The notes under the pieces are model-generated. The model had not been told where the DNA came from. It saw nothing but the letters and a program-made list of their open reading frames with translations, and did not search any database. Shown here piece by piece: positions 12,052 through 22,865 of a DNA stretch of 64,000 nt. Position 1 is the stretch's first letter; each line of letters starts with the position of its first letter. The DNA is from Squalus acanthias (Eukaryota). Made by a program: the position numbers and the translations under genes. The stretch lies in NCBI GenBank assembly GCA_030390025.1, contig CM059432.1, positions 17,548,001 to 17,612,000 on the forward strand, in the 5' to 3' direction.

Positions 12052-12542
12052 ACAAGGCTGATACCTGGAATGGCAGGAATGACGTATGAAGAGAGATTGG
12101 GTCGATTGGGCTTATACTCGCTGGAGTTTAGAAGAATGAGAGGGGATCTCATTGAAACTTATAAAATTCTGACAGGACAGGACAAACTAGATGCAGGAAG
12201 GATGTTTCCGATGGTCGGGGAGTCCAGAACCAGGGGTCACAGTCTAAGGATAAGGGGCAAGCCATTTAGGACAGAAATGAGGAGGAATTTCTTCACCCAG
12301 AGAGTGGTGAACCTGTGGAATTCTCTGCCACAGAAGGCAGTAGAGGCCAAGTCATTAAATAGATTCAAGAAGGAGTTGGATATATTTCTTAAGGCTAAAG
12401 GGATCAAGGGATATGGGGAGAAAGCAGGGACAGGGTACTGAATTTGGATGATCAGCCATGATCGCATTGAATGGCGGAGCAGGCTAGAGGGGCCGAATGG
12501 CCTACTCCTGCTCCTATCTTCTATGATTCTATGATTCTATGA
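12052..12542 (+). mobile_element. CR1 LINE 3' fragment inserted in a MITE-like repeat (~11750-12963)
   Basis: ORF 12070-12441 is the CR1 ORF2 C-terminus; (TTCTATGA)n tail; flanking GC-rich repeat ends AAAATCACCCC. Confidence 0.85.
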
Positions 12543-13999
12543 CCCCTGAGCACACCTCCGTAACGGTAAGATTTTCTTTTGTAAAAAAAAGAGAGATTTT
12601 TGTGAGGTTATGATGCTCTTCCTGGCCCCACAAGAACCCTTCGGCCTACTGCCAGAATTGTCTTGCCTCTCACTGCGCCACCCCCTCCCCCCAACCACCT
12701 CCCGGGGATCCGCTACTCCCACTCCCCAACATGCCCTACCTGCTAGCCGGCTCCGTGGAGAAGCTGGCTTATTTTTCCGTGGTACCAAACCGGCGAGCAG
12801 CAGTGAAGCGCCTGTGTGGCAGCTCGCAACGCGCTGATCAAAATTGAAATGAGGCCTGAAACTAAAAAAAATGGGTCGGGCCTCCTGACTGTGGCCTTGG
12901 GCGGGCGCCATGGGTGCAACGCTGATGTCGCAGCCGTTGTGGGCCTGAACCGAAAATCACCCCTCACATTTTACAAGAGGTTGCAGCTGAATTACGTGCA
13001 AACCAGCCACCAAAATGAAGCCGGAGGAGGGAAATGAAAGAAATTGTAAATTTTATAGAGGAAGAAATTGTCAGTATATAAAGTGACAATAAGCAGAGCA
13101 ACCGAGTAACTCTATGATCCAAACAATTAGGTGAGTAAAATGACTTTATTTGAAGGAGATGGAGTCTCACTGTCTGGACTACGGTTGTGTGATTGTAAAG
13201 CAAGCAATGTCGTTTAGGAGGCAATTTCCCTTTAATTCGTTGAAGAGGGCGGACGGTGAGAATGTGAAGTTATTGCTTTTGTGAGGGTTTTGGTACATCA
13301 TTATCATAAATTTGAAATGCTCAATCTTGTTCCCACCGACGTGGTGCAAATAAAGGGAATGGAACTAATCAGATCACAATGTATTGCTTTGGGTCGCAGG
13401 TTGAGGAGCATCGCATTACAGGGTCTTGATGACGTGCTGTGTTTCTGTCATAATACAGTTGTGTGCAGTGACAATTCTAAATCAGCATGATGGAGCACAA
13501 TGTTTACCAAATCCATCAGAAACAAAATGTTCTCTTCATTACCTCCCCCACTGTCTGTTGACTGAGATAATTCGAATTAGTTTGAACTTCACTACCATAT
13601 AAGTAAAATCATGTATTGCTTGAAGGTTTGAAGTTAAATGTACCTTTCCATAAGTAATTACCTATTTAATTTAAACAAGCTGAAATATTTTAAACTATTA
13701 TTAAGTTATATGCAGCTGTGTCACATTTATTATTTCATGAAATGTTATTTGATGACCTAATGTCTTATGGACTAGTCTTCCTATTTGATTTCATGCAGAT
13801 ATGGTTGTGAATCCTGTGCAAGTTTTTGATATGCTATAAATGGGATTGAAATGTATTCTAATGAGACATGCGGGGATAGAAAGGGACAAAGTCATCACTG
13901 GTGTCCTCAAAATATGACACAGAGTCAAACTGGAAGACCACAGTGGCAGAGCGCCAGTGGGAAGGCAAGCAACTGGAAGACATTTTTACTGAGTCAGGC

Positions 14000-14948
14000 T
14001 CCACATGTACACTGACGTCACCCAGCTCTACTTCACCACCACCTCTTTCGACCACTCAACTGCCTCGGATTTGTCATGCTGCTTGCCCGACATCTAATAC
14101 TGTATGAGCAGAAATTTCCACCAAATATCCCCTCATCACCAAAATCTATTGGGAAGGCCGAAGCCATTGACTTTGGACCCCGCCACAAACTCCGTTCCAT
14201 GGCCATTGACTCCAGCCCTCTCCCTGGCCACTGTCTGAGGCTGAACCAGATGGTTCATAAACTTAGCGTCCTATTTGACCCTGAGTTGAGCTTAAAACCA
14301 CATATCCGCTCCATCACCAAAACCAACTACTTCCACCTCCGTAACATCACCTGTCCCCAACCCCACCTCCGCTCATCTGCTGCTGAAACTCTCCTCCATG
14401 CCTTTGTTACCTCTCGATGACTATTCCAATGCTCTCCTTGCCAGCCTCCCATTTTCCACTCTCCATAAATTTGAGCTCATCCAAAACTCTGCTGCCCATA
14501 TCCTAACTCGCACCAAGTCCCGTTCACCCATCACCTCAGTGCTCGCTGACCTACATTGGCTCCCGGTCCGGTAATGCCTCGATTTTAAAATTCTCATTCT
14601 TGTTTTCAAATCCTTCCATGGCCTTGCCCCTTATATCTCTGTAACCTCCTCCAGCCCTACAACCTCCGAGACATCTGTGCTCCTCCAATTCTGGCCTCTT
14701 GCACAGCCACAATTGTTGGCCGTGCCTTCATCAGCCAAGGCCCTAAGCTCTGGAAGTGCCTCCCTAAACTTCTCCGCTTCTCCAGCTCTCTCTCCTCATT
14801 TAAAACGCTCCTTAAAACCCACCTCAACTGTTCTAATATCTCTTTATGTGGCTCGGTGTCAAATTTTGTTTGATAACGCTCCTGTGAAGCGCCTTGGGAC
14901 ATTTTACTACATTAAAGGCGCTATATACATGCAAGTTGTTGTTGTTGT
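14000..14948 (+). mobile_element. Second, more degraded L2-clade LINE 3' fragment
   Basis: Similar to 8150-9117, including the (TTG)n tail. Confidence 0.85.
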
Positions 14949-15008
14949 CATTGATTAAATGTTTTGAATTACGGAGCACCTGCAGCATAGAAACAGACCA
15001 TTTGGCTC

Positions 15009-16348
15009 TGTGAAGGAATAAGCCATATTCAGAAAAATACACCATTCTATGAAAGAATTCTTGCCTTATTAAAACTTGACAAACTGGGTTTGGAAATCTA
15101 AAAACCTAACAATGGAGAAGCTGTATTGTTAACAGCATTCAGCCTATTGAGATAAGATAAGTTGTTGACACTGAATCAACAACCTTATTGAAACAGAAGG
15201 TTAAAGGCTTCCGACGGTCTGAATCTTTGGGAGCAGACAATGGTACACCCTGTTAAGGTGTTCTAAGTTACATTTTGTAAACAGGCACATAAAATTAAGA
15301 AACATATGCCTTCATAAAAATGACATCAAGTAAAAGAAACACCTGCCGTCAAACCGTTTTTGTGTTGAACTTGGAATACCTAGAGGGGAGGAGAGACACG
15401 ATTCTGTGTTACAACCAGCTGAGGTGACTAAGAATTGCATAGATCACCCTGGTTGAGGTGTTTTAATTTACACTTCGTAAAAAGACACAAACAGAAGAGC
15501 TTGGTAAAAATGACATCAAATAGATGCACCTGCTGTGACACAGTTTTTTATGGTGGGCTTGGGACACCAGGGGTAGAGACATAATTCTGCATTGCTACCA
15601 GCTGAGGTGACTGTAAGAATTGCAGAAGTCAGCAGAAAAATGACTAGAGATAATTAGCTTACATCAGCAGAAAACTTCAAAGCAAATACCCCTGAAAAAG
15701 GATATAAATATTGAACTTTCAAATGGGATGATAGTCTCGCTGTAAAGGGGCAAAGCGATTCTCAGGCTTCAGAGGCGGCTCTGTAAGTTTACAACTCTTT
15801 GTACCTCGGGGATCAAGGTACTGTACTGTATTTGATTTTGGTGGATATCCTGGAATAAAACTAAGAACTGTAAAACTGTAGCGAAGTTAAGATTTGAGAA
15901 TAAGGATATCTGATAATAGAATTGTAAGCTTTCTGTTTTTGGAACTGTTAATGTTGCGATTGAATCACCAACTGTAAATTACATGTTGGTTCTTTAATAA
16001 ATGTATATATTTTTAGAATTGTCTCACGTAATACTTCTGTATCAAACTCGCAAACTCAATCTCTGTACACTCTTTGGTGAGGAGTTGCAGAATTCTGGGG
16101 GAGTTTTCCGGACCCTCATAATATCCGGAACGTTACAGTCTAGCTAAACTTATTAAAAGTGCTATCTGGAGGACGGTAACATCTTCAGGTTGTTCCTTTC
16201 CTTTAGGGAGAGATGGTCCAGACCTTTAGACCCAATTAAGCATCTTTAGGATTCGGCTACCTCAAACTTTAGTTGAAACTGAACGTCTGGGGAATACGCC
16301 TGATCCGGGGTAGCCCTAAAGGGGCTAGGACTAGTAATAATCCCTTCA
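15009..16348 (+). mobile_element. Solo LTR (~1.34 kb)
   Basis: Starts TGTGAAGG, ends CCCTTCA; near-TSD GCTC/GCCC inside a CR1 tail; ~125-bp internal duplication (~15316-15443 and ~15506-15627); TATAAA near 15703; AATAAA near 15854 and 15996. Confidence 0.7.
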
Positions 16349-17327
16349 GCCCAACTGGTCAAAGCCGGTGTTTGTACTCCACATGAGCCTTCCCCCACTC
16401 TAACTATCTCTTCCCACCCCCCATAGCCTCGATTCCCTTCTCCCTCATTTACACACTAAGCCTCTCCTTAAATGTGCCAATGCTCTCTGTGTCAACCACT
16501 CCATCTGGCAGCGTGTTCCACATTCTTACTACTCACTATGTAAAGAAATTCCTCCTAAATTCATTTTTTGATCTGTGGACACTTATATTTATGCCCTGGT
16601 GCGCTGGACTCACCCACAAGTGGAGATAGTTTCTCAACATCCACCCTATTAAAGCTCTTTGTAAATTTAAAGACCTCTATTAGGTCACCTTTTTGTCTTC
16701 TCTTTTCCAGAGAAAAGAGCCCCAGCCTGCTCAACCTTTCCTGATAATTCCATCCTCTGAATTCTGGTAATATTCCTGTAATTCTTTTATACACTTTCTC
16801 CAGTGCTTCAATATCCATTTTTTAGGATGAAGACCAGAACTGTGTACAGTACTCCCAAGTGTGGTCTAACCATGGTTCTATATAAATTGAACTCCTATTT
16901 TTGTGTTCTATTCCTCTAGAAATGAACCCAGTACTTGTTGGCATTTTTAGTGGTTTATGTATTTGGATCCCAGATCTCTTTGCCCCTCTACCGCATTTAG
17001 GGGGCTAAATTCGATAGCCCCCCAAAATAGGCGCAGGGATTGCGATGTGCGATTAACCTGCGCCCGTTGCTTCTGATGCAGGCAGCACGCAAACTTTGTG
17101 CTGCCTGCTAATTTAAATGAGTGCAGCATTAAGGCAGCGCTAAACATGCTGTTGAGTGGCTTAGCGCCTCAGTAGGGGGCCCAAGTTAGTGCAAGGCTAG
17201 CACCACTTAAAGCTAGCCTGCACTACTTAAAGCCAGCCTGCACCTCTTAAAGGGGAGGTGCATTCTTGCTGGAGCAGGTGCTGGAAGTGGCTGGGGAAGA
17301 GAGTCTGACCTGCAAGAACACTGACTA

Positions 17328-19120
17328 ATGGCGCAACAGGTAAGAGAGAGCATGCTCCAAATTTCTCAGATGCTGCACTGGAGGCCTTGGTGGAGGAGAT
17401 GGACAGGAGGAGGGAAGTCCTTTATCCACAGGGGGCCAGGAGGCCCACCAGACAAACTCTGCAAAGGCAGTGGAAACAGGTAGCTGTGGCTGTCAATGCC
17501 AAAAGCCAAGCCTCGAGGATCTTTATGCAGTGCAGCAAAAAGTTTAATGACCTCACACGAGTGGTCAAGGTCAGTGAATTAATCTTCAATTGCTGTTTCC
17601 CACCAACTGCACCACTAGCCTCGCACACTGCTCAATGTACCACACCCCTATCACTCACCTACCAATAATCTCTATCAAACAGGACTCATACCGTACATTC
17701 ATAGCTTCACCTCACCCTCACACAGTTAGCACTGCTGCAAGCTTCACACCCACATCTCACAGCTTGCACACACTATCAGCTATTTAACCTTGACAGGACA
17801 ACACCCATACACATTTCACCACACTCACTGACACACTTCCCTCTCTCTTGCAGGACAAGTTGGTGCACAACTGACGGTAGCAGGAGTTAACCAGCGGGGG
17901 ATAGGCATGGCTTCATGACCTTACCCCGATGGAGGAGATAGTGGTCACCATCATTGGAGCGGCCATTGCTGAGCCTGTGGCCAGCGGCGGGGCTGAAACA
18001 ATTGAAGATGACGGTATCCTCATACCTAATCCTCCTTCTCACATCCCACTTGCCACTCATCCCACAATCTCTTCTGATTTACAAGCTGCAGATAGTGTGA
18101 GCATGCAGCGCTTGCTTTCCCCCCTCCCCTCACCACAACCCTACACTTCTGTCTTTCTCCTTTCAGATACCCAAGAACTGCAACCTGGCCAGGCAGTGGT
18201 GGAACAGCAAGAACTGGAAGAGGAAGAAGGCAGTGATAATGAAGACACAGCACTGTCACTCGATTTCACACTCGCAACCACCAGTTCAGATACTGACACT
18301 CTGCATACTTTAGAGGATAGCTTAGACGCGGGATCTGCACATGGTGAGACACCGGGCATGAGTGGCCTGCAGCCAGGGCAGGGGGAAAGGGTAGTGCAAG
18401 TGCCAGCTCGCCAGAGGGCGAGGTCGCACACAAGTTCTGTGGCAGAGGACTCAGATGAGCACTTCGATGGAGCAGGCTACAGAGGAAGGGTAAGCATAAT
18501 GCAATGCTTGGTGCATTGGCAGGCCTGCCAGAAACCCTGCGTGCAATGTCAAGGAGCATGGAGGAGTTCAGCATCAACTTGAAACAGGGCTTTGTGCAGA
18601 GCTTGGAGCCCATCCTTTCCAACATGGAAGCGATGGCCAACTCCATTAGCACACTTGTTGGCCCAACCAGGATGCAGCGTCTGATTGTCGATGTGTCAAC
18701 TTCCATTGCAACACAAGCAGAAGCCACCCAATGTCTGGGTGCTGCAGTGGAAGCTCAGACTTCTGTCACGCAAGCTCAGATTGCTGCCATCATGGCTGCG
18801 GATACCAGTGTTCAAACGGGCTGGCAGGGTGTCACAGCAGTTCATCAATCTGTCCTCCAACAGATTACTAGGATTGCTGAGGCGTCGCCCTGGGGTATTG
18901 GCAGTGGCTCCGTGGAGCACGAACCTGCTGTCCTCTCTCAGGATGACAGCATTCGTCCTCTCACCCCTGCCACTCTGCCAGTGCCCTTGCTGTTGCCTGT
19001 CACCCAGCCCAGCCTGCTGCTGCCCTTACTGAGATGGTGCAGTCCGAAACTGGGCCTTCTAGGCCCAGAGCTACTCGAGGTCGGCCTCCAAGGCCACCTG
19101 CAGTCTCCCCCACTGAAAGT
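17328..19120 (+). pseudogene. Harbinger Myb/SANT DNA-binding protein pseudogene (exons ~17328-17569, 17854-18013, 18167-~19120)
   Basis: EVLYP...WKQVA...QCSKKFNDL motif; GT-AG introns; stops and frameshifts present. Confidence 0.8.
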
Positions 19121-19161
19121 CATGTTTAAAAACTGTGGGCTTCCCTATTCTAACTGGATGG

Positions 19162-19256
19162 ACAAAAATGAGAAGTCGCACAACACCAGGTTATAGTCCA
19201 ACAGTTTTATTTAAAATTACGAGCTTTCGGAGCTGCTGCTCCTTCGTTTGACACCA
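19162..19256 (-). mobile_element. ~95-bp Penelope-like fragment with partial hammerhead motif
   Basis: 12-bp TSD CTAACTGGATGG; minus strand ACGA-AGGAGC-AGCA-GCTCC-GAAAGCTC followed by AATAAA. Confidence 0.75.
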
Positions 19257-19401
19257 CTAACTGGATGGGTTCATGAAATAAAGGATTTTATAGAAGTTAT
19301 TATATATGCCATGCTGCAGCCACTGGGGTAGCGCTACATAGGAGCACTAGGACAGGCAAAGGAACACGGAAGACAGGCACTAATGGAATGCACAAAAAAG
19401 A

Positions 19402-19852
19402 AAGAATTGCATTTATATAGCACCTTTCACGGCAACCGGATGTCCCAAAGCGCTTTACAGCCAATGAAGTACTTTCTGAAGTGTTGTAATGTGGGAAATG
19501 CAGCAGGCAATTTGTGCACAGCTAGCTCCCACAAACGGCAATGTGATAATGACCAGATAATCTGTTTAGTGATAAATTTTGGCCAGGACACCAGGGATAA
19601 CTTCCCTGCTCTTCTTCATAATAGTGCCATAGGATCATTTACGTCCAACCTGAGAGGGCAGACGGGGTTTAACATCTCATCAGTTTAACGTCTCATCCGA
19701 AAGACGGTGCCTCCGACAGTGCAGCACTCCCTCAGTACTACACTGGAGCGTCAACCTAGATTTTTGTGCTCAAGTCTCTGGAGTGGGACTTGAACCCACA
19801 ACCTTCTGACTCAGAGGTGAGGGTGCTACCAACTGAGCCACAGCTGACACTG
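19402..19852 (-). mobile_element. tRNA-derived Deu-domain SINE (SacSINE1-like)
   Basis: A box TGGCTCAGTTGG, B box GGTTCAAGTCC, Deu-like core GTCTTTCGGATGAGACGTTAAAC...GATCCTATGGCAC, tail ATATAAATGCAATTCTTTC. Confidence 0.85.
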
Positions 19853-20015
19853 ACAAAGGTGATTAGTTTACGTTTGTATGCAATATGACATGATTTAATT
19901 TATAAATTTGGTTTGGAATGTTTATTTTGTGTTGGCTTTTATTTTTGCCTTGTGGTCAGTGACAGAGGGAAGTTAAGCTGTGGGACTGTTGGTGAATGGG
20001 GAATTGGGGTTGCAT

Positions 20016-21894
20016 TTACTGGTATCGCAGCCGAATGAGTCGGTCATGGACAGCCCAGCCAGAAAGGGGCTGTCTGGGTTTCCTCCTCCTTTCCTCTTTC
20101 TCTTCCTCCTTCTCCTGCTGCACCTCAGCTGGTCGCCGTATAGCTGGTGACAAGGGCTGTGCCCTCTTGATGGTGAGGTTGTGCAGCATGCAGCAGACCA
20201 CCACAAATCTCGACACTCGCTCTGCCAAGTACTGCAGGGCTCCTCCAGAGCGGTCCAGGCAGCGGAAGCGTTGCTTCAGTGCACCAATGGTCTGCTCAAT
20301 GATAGTTTGCGTGGCAGCATGGCTTTTGTTGTATGAATGCTGCCCACGTGTGCGTGGGTTGCGCACCGGAGTCATGAGCCGTGTTGTTAACGGATAGCCC
20401 TTGTCACCAAGTAGCCACCCTCTGGCTCAAATGCAGATGGGACAGTGGACTGCCGCAGAATGAAAGCAAGACTGCTGCTCAGAATACCAGGCATTGACCT
20501 GCATGATTCGCTGAGTATGGTCGCACACCAGTTGGACGTTGAGGGAGTGGAATCCCTTTCGGTTGCGGTACATCTCAGAGTTGACATACGCGCCCGCAAA
20601 GCAATGTGCGTGCAGTCAGTAGCACCCTACACCATGGGGAAGCCTGCAATCCTCATGAAGTCGTGTGCTCACTCCACCTGCTGCTCTCTGGCCAGAGAGA
20701 AGGAAATGTATTCAGCCCTCTTGGAATACAGAGCCTCAGTTACCTCCCTTATGCAACAGTACATGGCAAACTGGGAGATGTTGCAAATATCACCTACTCC
20801 AGCCTGGAAGGAGCCCGACGCATAAAAGTTCATGGCCACCGTGACCTTCACAGCCATTGGCAAACTCGCCCTGCTCTGAGGTTGCAGTTGTGGCTGCAGA
20901 AAGTGGCAGATTTCAGTCAGGACATCCTTGGTGAAGCATCTGACACAATGGCCCAAAAATTCGTGAGGGAGCCTTCGTGCGAGGGTAAGGCTTCCCCGCG
21001 ATCTCTCACTGCGCGCTGGCTTTTTCAGTCCCAGCTCGCACGAACTTGATGTTCTGGACAGCAGCTGGGCAGTGCTTCCGTATCCCACAGGCGCAGTTAA
21101 TTCGTGCGAGCTGTGGGATCACGTGACTCAGTTAGAGCCAATGGCAGCACACCATCTTTCATTCATAGCTTTCACATAAGTGCTGTGAAAGCTATGAATA
21201 CTATACCCCCCCAAAAGAACAGCTAAACCTCAATTAAATTAAAAAAAAAACCATCACATTAATAAAATAAGTATAGTTAAATAAATTAACCATTTTAAAC
21301 AAAAAATTAAATTTTAGAAAAAATTTAAAATCTTTTAAAAAGTTATAAAAATAAACTTACCTGTCTTTAAAGTCTCTAAAAAAGATATACCTGTTAAAAA
21401 AAATTCAAAATAATACTTAATTCACTACTTACCTTGTTAAAAGAGGGTCTTACACCTCCTTTCTTTATGTGTAAAATCTTCCATACTTACCTGCGCGTTC
21501 AAAGCACTAAGTGCACTGCGTGCGTGCAGCCTGTAGCGCGCACGCGGTTCACCTAGGAACCGCCCCCTTTTGCATTCACCAAGTGCCGGTTTTCAGCACA
21601 TGCGCAGTGCATGCAGAAAACCGGCAATTGGAGACAGAATAAGCGAGAGTACACAGTGCGTACTCTCGCGTAGCAACACAAATTTTTGGGCCATTGTTCC
21701 ACGCTGAGGTTCAGGTAGCAGTATCGCTCCCCGAAGAACCTGGGTGGATATGGCCTTCTGCTGAGAGCCCTTCTCCCCCTCCTCCTCCTCCTCCTCCTCC
21801 TCCCTATTCCCGCAGCTTATCCTGGTCTGTGTCGCCTCTGCTCATTCTCACTGTCATGCTGTAGGCTAAGTGGAATGCCTACTAGTACACCCAT
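20016..21894 (-). pseudogene. Harbinger DDE transposase pseudogene interrupted by a MITE
   Basis: [16 protein letters not shown] region, [22 protein letters not shown]; frameshifted; start coordinate approximate. Confidence 0.85.
20950..21692. mobile_element. Harbinger-type MITE
   Basis: Perfect 12-bp TIR GGCCCAAAAATT; TSD AAT/ATT; removing it restores the transposase reading LNLSVEQCVR. Confidence 0.9.
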
Positions 21895-22865
21895 GTCTTG
21901 GAGCAAGTGGTATGTGCAGAATCCTTGAAGTCAGGACAAAGTCCTTCAGCACCTGCTACACCACTCCCTGTCGACTCTAGCAACTTGAAATAACTGTACA
22001 AACCACCTTCTACAAACTCAGCAGCAGCCATTAGAAATCAATCAGCAACTAAACTGCAAGATGATCCCTTTAAATAGTGTTGGTGGGGCTCCCTTCCTGC
22101 TGCTGAATGCGTGTTCAGCAGTAGCTCCAGCGTTGAGCTCCAAAATGGCAGTGCTGGCGTCAAATCAGCATTGCACGCTGATTGACGCCGCGATCTGCCT
22201 ACTCTGCATACTTCTGGCGCACGCTTTGTGTGTCCGTGCTAATGCCCTCACCAAGATGGCGTCCAGCACAGACCACACCAGAAGTTTGCGCATGTGCCAC
22301 GGACACCATTTTGGAACCAAAATGGCACCCGTACCACCCAAACAACAGGCGCTACGGAGCCGTATTTTGCGGCCTTAGTTTCTTATCTTCCAAGGAATAA
22401 GTGACCTCCTTATTTCTCCGAACAAAATTAACTGCTGCAAACTTTGTTATATTGAATTTAATTTGCCATTTATCCATCCACTCTACAAGCCTGTTTATGT
22501 CTTCCTGTATTTTTATGCAATCTTCCACTTTATTAGCTATACCCCCCCATACTGTTGTCATCTGTAAATTTTGACACCATACCTCTAATTTCTGAGCCCA
22601 AATCATTTATGTATATGGTGAACAATTGCGGTTCCAAAATGGATCCCTGCGGACACCACTTTCCCTTAACTCGCACTCTGTTTTGTAGTCAACCTGACCC
22701 CAGACCCCACATACCCTCATCTTTGTCATGAGTCTCTTGTGCGGTACCTATGAAAAGCCTCCTGAAAGCCCATGTCGACCACATCCACTGCATTGACCTT
22801 GTCTACCTTTTCCATTATTTGTTCAAAGAATTCAATATGGTTGGTTAAACATGACCTTCCTTTTA

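Larger units (their letters stand above)
17000..22374. mobile_element. Degraded full-length PIF/Harbinger transposon (Myb gene on +, transposase on -)
   Basis: TSD TTA; imperfect 14-bp TIRs GGGGGCTAAATTCG / CGTATTTTGCGGCC; convergent two-gene layout. Confidence 0.85.

Noticed and set aside
19780..19852. tRNA gene
   Set aside because: It is the tRNA-derived head of a SINE, followed by SINE core and tail.
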